Positions 1-12,209 of a stretch of 64,000 nucleotides of DNA are shown here, piece by piece. The notes under the pieces were generated by a model. That model searched no databases. It was not told the origin of the DNA and saw nothing but the letters and a program-made list of their open reading frames with translations. How positions within the stretch are numbered: the stretch's first letter is position 1; each line of letters starts with the position of its first letter. The DNA is taken from NCBI RefSeq assembly GCF_009914755.1, contig NC_060927.1, one strand, 5' to 3'. The position numbers were made by a program, and so were the translations under genes. The DNA is from the human T2T-CHM13v2.0 reference genome, Homo sapiens.

Positions 1-510
1 TGATATATAGTATGTATATAACGGTGAAATCATCCATGTTTCTCTCTACCACTTTGTAATCCCCCTCTCCCATCCTTTCCCGACCTACAATTCCCAGATA
101 ACCACTGTCGTTTTCTGTCATGATGTTTACATGTCCTGACATTTTATATGAATGGAATCATACAATATATGGTATCTTTTTTTCTGTCTTCTTTTACTCA
201 GCAAAATTATTTTGAGATTCATCCATGTTCTTGCATTCCTTTTTATTCCTGAGGAGTATTTTATTGTACAGATACATTTGTGTCTCCATTAAACTATTCA
301 GAAAAATTTGAGTTGTTTTTAGCTTTTGGCTGTTATAAATCTGCTGTGATATTTGTGTGCAAATCTTCATATGGGCACATGCTTTCATTTCTCTGTTATA
401 TATTATATGTATTATATATTATGTATATATATTTATACATGTACATAATATATATGTTATATATAATGTATATGGTGTTACACTGAATGGGAGTAATGGG
501 GAAAATTCCA
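1..510 (-). mobile_element. Old L1M (L1MB/ME-type) 3' region, antisense, with an embedded AT-rich microsatellite (~395-475)
   Basis: Typical antisense L1M 3' text 'atatgaatggaatcatacaatatatgg...ttactcagcaaaattattttgagattcatccatgtt'. Boundaries approximate. Confidence 0.7.
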
Positions 511-965
511 TCTACTTCCTCTACCTGAAAGTAGAAATTGAGCTCCAAATCAAATTCCTATATCTCTTTAGTTCCATGAGATTGTCCAGATATCTACTCA
601 GTTATCTGACTCAGCTGCAGTCTTCTGCTTGGTCTCTCAGCCTCTTGCCCTATGCCTAGAATTGGCAAATGCCTTGTGAGAAAAAGTAGCATGGAGAATC
701 TCAGTTAACCTCTCTAAGATTCCCTTTCCTCTCTGATCTTGGCCTCCCACCTGTGTGTTGCTTTCACAGCTTTTCTCTTTCAAACAGATGTGGTTTTTAG
801 TTTGTTTGTTTTATATCAAGCTTTTCCAAGTGTTTGTAGCAGAAGCATCAGTCTGCTTCAAGCTACCCCAATGGAGTAAAAAATAGAAGTTTAAGATGAA
901 GAAACATTATAGACATATCATACTTTTCTATTATTAAATAAGAATATTTGCTAATCTGGTTATTT

Positions 966-1160
966 TTATTCACTCATTTTACAAATATTTGTTCAATGTG
1001 AATTGTGTATAAGTTCTCTGCCAGACACCAGCAATGCAGCATTGACTCAAATAGACAAAGCTGCCATTATGAAACTTCAAGTCTAGTAGGAGACCTAGAT
1101 GTTAAACAAATAATGCCATGCATAAATATAGAATTATGAACTGTTATAAATGCCAAGCAT
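966..1160 (-). mobile_element. LINE-2 3' end fragment
   Basis: 'ttattcactcattttacaaatattt...gaaacttcaagtctagtaggagac' resembles the reverse complement of the L2 3' terminus. Confidence 0.6.
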
Positions 1161-2129
1161 AATCGTGATTATAATAATAATAGCTAACCTTGATAAATTT
1201 TTTTCCATATGCAGTTCTCTACTTAAATGTTATTTAACTCACAGATATCTCATACAATGGAAGAGTAAGCTTATTAGAGAAACTTAATGCTATGGCTATT
1301 TGAATTCCCAGTTAAAGCTTGAGATTATAAATTAATAGTGCTATTAAGTCTGTCAGGTTGGTGGATTTTCTCCTTCAGAGCTGACCTGGGTATAAGTGTA
1401 TAGAAGGCAGATCAATGGGTTGGAAAGTGAAAAGAGGAGGTGGATAATGGATATTGAGAAATTGGAGATGTTAATAGGCTGGGTAATGCATTGATATTAG
1501 AAAGAAAACTGTAGCAGTGGGGGTACTCGAGCAAGTAAGTTGGAATGGAAGAAAATTGTGATCAGAAAAATGGAGCATGGAAGTGATAATGAATGTAAAC
1601 AGTTTTTGCTGATGAGAAAGTAAAGGTTATGACTACTTGAGTGGGTAGCTAAGGCAAAGGAGAAGTTCCTAGGAATGAGGAAGTATGGGAACTGAGAGTT
1701 TAAGGATGGCTAATTTATGGAATTGTCAAAGTTATTTAGGATGCTTAGCAGGAGCTGCAGTAGAGAAGACTAAGTTTGGAGGAGGGCATTAGAAATGGAT
1801 TTAAATTTTTGTCAAGGTTCTGTATTGTATCTGTAGCTGCTACTGTTACTAGGATTTGCTTTTGAATTATTTTAAGCAATAGGGTTCCGTGCTAAACAAA
1901 ATCTTTCAAAGCTAGCCTGAAGTGGCCCGATGTTATATGCATCATAACTATGAACATGAATTAGGTAATTGTGCTATAATATAGTGCCTTTGAGACAACT
2001 GAATGGATTATGTTTGGTTTCTTCTTTTACTGTCAAAATATCTCATTTTACTGCTCAGGGTACACATTCACCTCTGGCAGTCCTCCTTTTCATCCTTTTT
2101 TTTTTTTTTTTTTTTTTGCTTTTATTATG

Positions 2130-2296
2130 AAATGAGAAATCAGATAAATTTATTTAAGAGCATGGAAAGTAGAAGTAAATAGGCTTTGAATAATTATCTG
2201 AAATAAACATAAGAATAAGCTGTTTCAGGTATTTATTCAAAGTCTATTTACTTCCACTTTCCATGCCCTTAAATAAGTTTATCTGATTTCCCATTT
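2130..2296. repeat. Long imperfect inverted repeat (76-bp arms, 15-nt spacer)
   Basis: 2130-2205 'aaatgagaaatcagataaatt...atctgaaata' is the reverse complement of 2221-2296 'tgtttcaggtat...atctgatttcccattt', with 8 mismatches by manual alignment. Confidence 0.95.
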
Positions 2297-3494
2297 TTAC
2301 CTGCTTTTAAAATATATTTTGCAGTTTCTGAACACTTGAGTTTATCATTACATGACTTCAAGATAAGCAAGTCATTACTATATCTGCATAGAGACTTTTA
2401 TTTCATAATTTTTTTCTATGTAGACTCAAGATGAATAGAATTGCTATTAATATTAATCAACTGAAATTTTAAAGTTTATTTAGATAAGCATAGCCTCATA
2501 AAAATTGAAAGCTGAAGAAGGCCTTAGAGCACTTTTATTCCAAGTTAGGTTTAATATGTTACTGTCAAAAATATTTTGAGGGGGTCATCTATAAAGGATA
2601 TTAAAATGAATATCTTGACCCAGGAATGCTGGATATTAAAAAGTATGATATGAGTCTGTTATTCAATCTGATTATCTTGATTCTGGTTGTCTAGAAATTG
2701 AAACTGGAGTTTCCTAATATTAAAAATAAGTACAGTTTTGTAATACATTTATTTGAGACTTATCTTTATAATCTTCAATAAAACTATCTTGAAACATCAC
2801 TGAAATGAATAACTAAGGGATATTATTCCTTCCATGCACACATGAGTGTATTCAATATTTTAAGTATAGCTATGAACATACAAGTGGGTCATTAAGCATT
2901 TAATATCGATGAAAGCAATGTGGCTCCTAAACTTAGAAATCATAGCCAAACTGTGTTAAAAACCAGACTATTTTACATTTGAAGTTAGATAATAGTTTTA
3001 ACATCATAGCAATACTTAGGATGAGCCACTAAACTTCAGAGGAAGAAAGGACTCTAGCAAAGATCCAATTGCAGATTTTCCAAGCTTTAAAATCACTTAA
3101 TTTTCTTTGAAGAAATTGAACCCTAGAAGGTTTAAGTAAATTTCTCAATGTTAAACAGAGAATATTGATATTCATTCTTTTTTCTCACGTATTTATTATT
3201 TATCTAGTGTATGCCAGGGTGTAGGGAATTCCTTTGCACCAAACAATTTTAAAAAGATCTCCAAGAAGTTCATCATTTAATGGCAAAATGAGGACTGGAA
3301 TTCAAGACTTCTGATGCCTATTCTTGGCTGCTTTCTGAGAAAACTTTACACCTCATTTGTTTCAACATCTAGGAAGACTTTGGTTCTATTCCAAGTACTC
3401 TAAACAAATGATTTTAAGGTCTTTTAGGCCTCATTTTCCTCATTTTTCCCCTTTCAACCTCTTTATTAAGTTGGGTGCATAAAAGATATTTCTC

Positions 3495-6332
3495 TACTAT
3501 AAACACCTCTATGCAAATAAACTAGAAAATCTAGAAGAAATGGATAAATTCCTAGGTACATACACCCTCCAAAGACTAAACCAGGAAGAAGTCGAATCCC
3601 TGAATAGACCAATAACAAGTTCTGAAATTGAGGCAGTAATTAATAGTCTACCAACCAAAAAAAAGCCCAGGACCAGACGGATTCATAGCTGAGTTCTACC
3701 AGAGGTACAAAGAGGAACTGGTACCATTCCTTCTGAAACTATTCCAAACAACAGAAAAAGAAGGAATCCTCCCTAACTCATTTTATGAGGCCAGCATCAT
3801 CCTGACACCAAAACCTGGCAGAGACACAACAAAAAAGGAAAATTTCTGGCCAATATCCCTGATGAACATCAATGCGAATATCCCTGATGAACATCAATGC
3901 GAATATCCTCAACAAAATATTGGCAAACTGAATCCAGCAGCACATCAAAAAGCTTATCCACCATGATTAAGTCGGCTTCATCCTGGGATGCAAGCCTGGT
4001 TCAATATATGCAAATCAACAAACGTACTCTATCCCATAAACAGAACCAATGACAAAAACCACATGATTATCTCAATAGATGCAGAAAAGGCCTTCGATAA
4101 AATTCAACAGCCCTTCATGCTAAAAACTCTCAATAAACTAGGTATTAATGAAACGTATCTCAAAATAATAAGAGCTATTTTTTGATGAACCCATAGGCAA
4201 TATCATACTGAATGGGCAAAAGCTGGAGGCATTCCCTTTGAAAACTAGCACAAGACAAGAATGCCCTCTCTCACCACTCCTATTCGACATAGTATTGGAA
4301 GTTCTGGCCAGGGCAATCAGGCAAGAGAAAGAAATAATGGGTATTCAAACAGGAACAGAGGAAGTCAAATTATCTCTGTTTGCAGATGACATGGTTATAT
4401 ATTTAGAATGACACAATTGTATATCTAGAAAACCCCATCTTCTCAGCCCAATATCTCCTTAAGCTGATAAGCAACTTCAGCAAAGCCTCAGGATGCAAAA
4501 TCAATGTGCAAAAATCACAAGCATTCCTATACACCAGTAACAGACAAACAGAGAGCCAAATCATGAGTTAACTCCCATTCACAATTGCTACAAAGAGAAT
4601 AAAATACCTAGGAATCCAACTTACAAGGGATGTGAAGGACCTCTTCACGGAGAACTACAAGTCACTACTCAAGGAAACAAAAGAGGACACAAACAAATGG
4701 AAAAACATTCCATGCTCATGGATAGGAAGAATCAATATTGTGAAAATGGCCATACTGCCCAAAGTAGTTTATAGATTCAATGCTAACCCCATCAAGCTAC
4801 CATTGACTTTCCTTACAGAATTAGAAAAAACTACTTTAAATTTCATATGGAACGAAAAAAGAGCCTGTATAGCCAAGACAATCCTAAGCAAAAAGAACAA
4901 AGCTGGAGGCATTATGTTACCTGACTTCAAACTATACTACAAGGCTACAGTAACCAAAACAGCATGATACTAGTACCAAAACAGATATATGGACCAATGG
5001 AACAGAACAGAGGCCTCAGAAATAACACCACACATCTACAACCATCTGATCTTTGACAAATCTGATGAAAACAAGCAATGGGGAAAGGATTGCCTATTTA
5101 ATAAATGGTGTTGGGAAAACTGGCTAGCCATATGCAGAAAACTGGACCCCTTCCTTACACCTTATACAAAAATTAACTCAAGATGGATTAAAGACTTAAA
5201 CGTAAGACCTAAAACCATAAAAACCCCAGAAGAAAACCTAGGCAATACTATTCAGGACATAGGCATAGGAAAAGACTGCATGACTAAACCACCAAAAGCA
5301 ATGGCAACAAAAGTCAAAATTGACAAATGAGATCTAATTAAACTAAAGAACTTCTGCACAGCAAAAGAAACTATCGTCAGAGTGAACAGGCAACCTACAA
5401 AATGGGAGAAAATTTTTGCAATCTATCCATCTGACAAAGGGCTAATATCCATAATCTACAAGGAACTTAAACAAATTTGCAAGAAAAAAACAACCCCATC
5501 AACAAGTGGGTGAAGGATACGAACATACACTTCTCAAAAGAAGACATTTATGCAGCCAACAAACGTATGATAAAAGCTCATCATCACTGGTCATTAGAGA
5601 AATGCAAATCAAAACCACAGTGAGATACCATCTCATGCCAGTTAGAATGGCAATCATTAAAAAGTCAGGAAACAACAGATGTTGGAGAGGATGTGGAGAA
5701 ATAGGAAGGCTTTTACACTGTTGGTGGGAGTGTAAATTAGTTCAACCACTGTGGAAGATAGTGTGGCGATTACTCAAAGATCTAGAACAAGAAATGCCAT
5801 TTGACCCAGCAATCCCATTACTGGGTATATACCCAAAGGATGATAAATCATTCTACTGTAAAGACACATGCACACGTATATTTATTGGAGCACTGTTCAC
5901 AATAGGAAAGACTTGGAACCAACCCAAATGCCCATCAATGATAGACTGGATAAAGAAAATATGGCACATATGTACCATAGAATACTATGCAGCCATAAAA
6001 AAGGATGCATTCCTGTCCTTTGAAGGGACATGGATGAAGCTGGAAAACATCATTCTCAGCAAACTAGCCCAGGAACAGAAAACCAAACACTGCATGTTCT
6101 CCCTCATAAGTGGGAGTTGAACAATGAGAACACACGGACACAGGGAGGGGAACATCACACACTGGGGCCTGCCGGGGGTTGGGGGGCTAGAGGAGAGATA
6201 GCATTAGGAGAAATACCTAATGTAGATGATGTGTTGAAGGGTGCAGCAAACCACCATGGCACGTGTATACCTATGTAACAAACCTACACATTCTGCACAT
6301 GTATCACAGAACTTAAAGTATAATTTTTTAAA
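3495..6332 (+). mobile_element. 5'-truncated LINE-1, L1PA7/8-like (ORF2 3' part plus 3' UTR), disrupted
   Basis: ORF fragments 3988-6120 translate to L1 ORF2p RT and C-terminal segments ([47 protein letters not shown]). The 3' UTR 'gcattaggagaaatacctaatgtagatga' is L1PA7/8-type. There are multiple stops and frameshifts. The TSD is only degenerate. Confidence 0.95.
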
Positions 6333-8717
6333 AGAAAATATTCATTCTCATATCAACAATTCTTGAATTCTTGTCGTGGAGAAAAGCAACAAAAATAAGG
6401 CAATAGAAAGATGTGCTTCACACTATAAACAGTCGTTTTGTAAGAATAGGAACTCTGGATCCCTGTACAACAAAAAATTAAGAAGCTAATGAGAATAATC
6501 CCTGTATTCACAATACACTCAATTGCATGTGAAAGACAATGCACCCATAATATAGCTCACTTAGTGTCCTTTGTTTATAATGCATAATTCCTTAATCATT
6601 CGTTTGTGAAATAAGAATGAACTTTAAGAAACATAAAATCTGAATAATATTTATTTTCACAATATCATTGCTAATCTCAAAATAGCAACTTCCTTGACTC
6701 AAAATGTTAAATGTTTCAAAAACAAAAGATATATATTTTTTACCTTCTGAATAGAGTCTGCAAAAAAAGGTGGATTATTTTACTAAACTTGCAAAGAGAC
6801 TAGGTCTCAGCCTGTACTTAAGAAACATGAGCAACAAAGGTGGCAAACAAATGTCACTAGAAGTAATGCCCATACATGCCAAAATATCTAGTTCAACCAT
6901 GTTATTTCCACTAACATAGCAAGCCTATTAAACAACCAGCACAAGGTAAGCTTATACTTTATGAGACAGAATTACTAAATTAACTACCCATCTATAAAAA
7001 TTTCAAAATTCCTCATCTCAAAATAATTTTAGTGCACGTATTAAGTACTACAGACTATGTAGAAAGAGACATATATACATATATACATCCAGTCTTTGCA
7101 ATTTAAATTTTTTATAATGTATAAACACTGTTCAGACATGAATTTTGAACTAACAGTGTTTTTTCCTAAATTTAATTTAGGTAATTAAGCCTTTCTTAAA
7201 TGAAGACAGGTAATAGGTATATGATCTCTATAAACTTTTACAGTAGTTTATACTCCAAATAAAAATTTTCTTCCCATTATAATATGACAATATAACTGTT
7301 TTCTGAGTGAAGATATATGTAAGGCTTAAGGTTTAAACTCTTTGGGAGACAAACAGCATAGTGAAGAAATATCTGTTCATTTAAAAATATGTACCATCTC
7401 ATAATAGGCCACTGACATTTCAAATTTACATGTAAGAATACATTTATACCTTAAATTTCTAGGAAAGGCACAGGATTCATGTTAAAAAAAAAGCAAAACT
7501 TTAAACTCATCAATTTATTGAAAAGCCATTACTCCTATTAGAAACAAATAATGCAAGATGTTGGCAACAAGACATAGCACAAAAATATATTTCATAAATG
7601 TATTTCTCCCTTTATATTCTGGCAGGAGATAGAATATCTCTTTGGCTAGGAGAAGCAGAAGTATTTGATGGACTGTGCAAACTGGTCTCTTTGTACAAAA
7701 ACGAAGCATTTCCTCCCTAAAGCCAAAGATCACAGATCCATTTAGGGACCCCATGGTAGTCATAGAGCCAAATGAACATGTTACTCTTCGCTGATTGCAA
7801 GGCAGATGTTCCTGAACATTATTGTGACTGGTAGCTATTTCAGCATTTGTAAGAGCTTTAGCCTAGGTTGAAAGGCTCACTAACCTCAAAAAGTGGCAAA
7901 AAGAGCTGCAACAAAGTCAGTTATGGAAAGGTTTTTTTTTTTTTTCACTATGCCCATATGTGTTCATGTAACCAACATAAAGCAGAAGAGCAGAAATGCA
8001 ATGCAAGAAGACAAAGACTACAAATATAAGACAGAATTGTGCAGAAGAAGAGCAACCTCCTATAAAGACATGACTTTTCCAATTTACATCACACACATTT
8101 ACATCTGGAGGTGACTGAAATGATGCCTGATTCAACCTGAATGGATAACCAAAAAATAGCAGTAATTGTTTTAATGTCAGTAATTTTAGGAGAATAACTT
8201 ATTCAAATATCAGTTTTGTCCTTAAAATCTCCACAAGTGGCAAAAGCACAGATGGAAATGATCTGTTGGAGAATATCGAAGTCAAGCAGCTCTTTGAGGG
8301 TTGAGGCTGATCTGGAAGGTGGGCATCCTCTGAGGGAAGGAAGGTGAGTAAGGATAGCCAGGGGGAGGGAAGGTCTGTAGGACAGACCCCTATTTTCCTC
8401 ATTTTTAACCTAAATATACAAGCAACTTGCTCTCTCTCTAGGCTGCTTAACAATATGATAGGTGTGAAAACATCTTGAATTGTGCAAATAGAGTAGTAGG
8501 TGAGAAAACAGGTGCAAAGTAATTAAAAGATTTATCAAAGACCACTCAGCCAAGAAAAGATAGAGGTGTGTGCTTAGCACCCAATTTCCTGACTACTATT
8601 TTGGGAAGCAATTAGTTCCTTTTCAGTTACTATTGACCCTCTTTTGATTCTATCTGGATAACATGAATGAAATCTTTAAAAACAAATGGCTTCTAAAATT
8701 ATTAAATAAAACGTTAG

Positions 8718-9183
8718 TGTTTTAGCCAGGAATCTCCAAGAGGAACAGAACAAATAGGACATGCATCTATATAGAAAGAGATTTATTTTAAGGAATTGGC
8801 TCACCTAATTAGGAGGCTTGGTGAGTCCAAAATCAGATGGGAGAGGTTGGTAGGCAGGAGTGTTAGGAAAGAGTTGCAATTCAAATCTAAAGGCAGTCAT
8901 CTGTGGAGCCAGGAAAAGATGATGTTTTAAATGAAGTTCAAAGGTATCCTGCTGAAAGATTCCTCTGTCTTGTGGGATATCAACCTTTTGTTTGATTCAG
9001 GCCTTCAATTGTTTGGATCAGCCCTACCTATATTATGGAGGGCAGTTTGCTTTACTGAAAGCCCACCAATTTAAACGTAAATATCATCCAAAAACATCCT
9101 CACAGAAACATCCAGAGCAATGTTTGATCAAATATCTGAGCAACATCACCCAGCCAAGTTGACACACAAAATTAACCACCACA
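8718..9183 (-). mobile_element. MLT2 (ERVL) solo LTR
   Basis: Ends 'tgttttagcc' and 'attaaccaccaca' are the reverse complement of MLT2 termini. Internal 'aaggaattggctcac' and 'cccagccaagttgacaca' fit. The 5-bp TSD is gttag/gttaa. Confidence 0.85.
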
Positions 9184-10956
9184 GTTAATATTGATTAATA
9201 TATGTATATAATGTGGATTATAAAATCATGCCTAACTTAGTTTGGAATAAATATCGAAGGCATCATTTTAACCCCCATCCCCCAGGCCTTTTTTTTAACC
9301 CTGTAGGCCATTTTTTTAATCTAAAAAATTAAATATTTTGCATAGATGATTTGTAATATATCTTATAGACATTATATTCTACAATTCACCATAAAACTTG
9401 AATTGAAACTAATTAGAATTTAAAAGCGCTATAGCAAAGAAATATTTATACAATTCATTTATTCAATAAATATTCATTTAAAAAATTAGTTAATTTAGTG
9501 TTCCTTCTCTTAAGAGCCATTTCAAGCATCATTCCACATTATGAATTAAATTGAACACTTAAAATTTCAGTTTTTAAAAGTGAAAGTTGTAAAACTTGCG
9601 ATTCCATGGCTGATCATTTCTAATTTTTGGCCATATATATTTTATTTCATTGATTTACCTAGATTATAAATGCATTCAATTTGTATTTTAATCAATTGAT
9701 AAATTTACCAATAAACCAGCCAACCAATAAATGTCTATCATGTACAAGCTATTTGACCAAACACAATTTAAAATCTTGAAACCTGCCTCTGATATATGCC
9801 TCTATCTTGTGTAAAATAGACTTCATACCTCAAAGGGATACTTCTCATTACCTTAGATCAAACAATCTTACACTAAAAAGAAAGGCCAGAGAAGGCCATC
9901 TGCCTTAGGTAAATAACTCTAAGGAAGGTTTAAAAAATTTCCAAAAGAGCAAAGCTCTGAAGTGCTATGCATAATAAATGCTCATTTGTATGATGCAATA
10001 TTAATAAAACACAAACATATTCATGATTAAAATCAGGCCAGATTCCAGAGCAGCTTTGAAGAGTGATAAATTAAGTATTTATTTTTCAATTAATCTAATT
10101 TTATTCAAAACTGTAATGTTATGAGCACAATGGTAGTGCATGGTAATAGAACAATAGTAAAGCTAAACAGTTTTTGTCCTGGTTCCTTCACTCACTAGCT
10201 ACATGACTTTATATTTTTACTTTTTCTGGGCCTTAGAGCAAGTTTAACTTTCTGGCTATAGGTTAGGAATAAAGGTGAACACATTAATGGAAGCAAAATT
10301 GCAAAATATCTGTTAGACACACCAAAGATTCTATGCCAAACTCAAGGAACATGTTTTGCACTTATACATTAGGATGTATAAAATACATCATATTGTCTTA
10401 TACATTATTATGATAGGCACTTATAGCAACATAGGGTTATGGTCAATTCTATTTTTTAGAAAATAAGAATTATAATAACAAGTTTGGGTTAAATGTAACC
10501 GTAGGGATCTGACTATATTTGAAATTCAATAGTCTTACAGCCATTAGATTGAAAATTTCACAAATACAAGTGAAAGAGTTACTAAGGAAACAAAATTTGA
10601 TCTACATGATTTCAATGCTTTTGAATATCCTATTTTGTAAAGTCACAAAAGTACTCCCTAGCCACTTTGCTCCATGGCTGAAAACATGAAAAGAAAAGAA
10701 AGTTCTTATAGATAATTTATATGTTGCATGTATGACAATTTAAATGTATATTTTTTCTTTCATTTAAAGTATCTACAGTTTTTGTTTTAACCCCCAGCAA
10801 TTCTATCATTTTTCTTCTAGCTGTATAAGCTCCTAAACGTAAGTTTTGTCATTAATACATTGATGAATTGGTTGTTTGATAGATTCAGTCATTTATTCAC
10901 TCTTTTCTTAAATATCTGCCAAAGTCACTAAAGGGGTTATTATAAAAATTACTCAA

Positions 10957-11266
<310 letters not shown>

Positions 11267-11482
11267 CTCAAGATTCTGGTTCTTGTCTCTCCTATCCAGC
11301 ATTTATTTCCATCTCCCCGTTCATCATATAATTTCTTCCCTGTTGTTGGTCATTCTTTAAATTCAGCCTCCACATTACATCTTGATAATACAACTAAAGC
11401 ACAGACCTGGCTTGGCATTCTTGGTCCTACTATTTGTTTCATCCTCTGCCTGACTTTTTGCTTCTCATAACACTGAACTAAT

Positions 11483-11508
11483 ACACACACACACACACAC
11501 ACACACAC
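11483..11508. repeat. (CA)n microsatellite
   Basis: Direct reading. Confidence 0.95.
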
Positions 11509-12145
11509 TCAAACAAAACTATTTTCATCCTCCTCACTCCTTGCCTTTGCCAATAGCCTTTGCTCTACTTGCAACATCTACTTGTAACACTTTCACTTTC
11601 CTAGACCACTTTAACCTACCCTACATGCCCCCAAGGAAATTCCTTTTCTTTTGGTTGCCCCAGATTTCTTTGTTCTTTTATTTACTGTAGTAGACTCAGA
11701 ATATTGTTTTTATGTTTGTGTCTATCTTATCTCACTTTATCTTTTCTTCTTCTGCAATCTTATTCAATCCCTCAAAATGCAGCCTTAATTCAATAATTCT
11801 ATTTCACAACCAGGGTTCATATTTGTCCTAGGAGCTCCAGGTCTCTGATCTTTCCCTTCACATATGCTCTTCCTTCACTGTCCCCCAACAGAGGAATGAC
11901 AACATTCTTTTAATAACAGAAAAAATGTTTTAGTGATTACTACATGCAAGGCACTCTACTGGACTACAGTGATGAATGAGAAAGACATGGTCCCTATGTT
12001 TAGGTGAGTTTGCATTCCAGCAGACAGATGGGAAGATATTAAACAACTTATTAATACATCTAACAGACTTCTTTAATCACAATTATATATAGCACGTAGT
12101 CTTGACATTCTTTCTGTTGTGAGCAAACAGAAAGGTCAATTTATT

Positions 12146-12209
12146 CACACACACACATGCTCATGCATGCACACACACACACACACAGAGAGAGAGATAG
12201 AGAGAGAGA
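12146..12209. repeat. Compound (CA)n-(GA)n microsatellite
   Basis: Direct reading. Confidence 0.9.

Noticed and set aside
194-659. Tyr/Ile/Met-rich ORFs
   Set aside because: They are translations of an AT microsatellite inside an L1M fragment.
3988-6278. L1 ORF2-like ORFs as a functional reverse transcriptase gene
   Set aside because: The element is 5'-truncated with no promoter, ORF1 or endonuclease, and is broken by stops, frameshifts and duplications.
9852-9918. Minus-strand GT-AG segment (also one at ~14995-15066)
   Set aside because: Stops occur in all three frames. This shows that pseudo-exons are common here, which tempers the other exon candidates.
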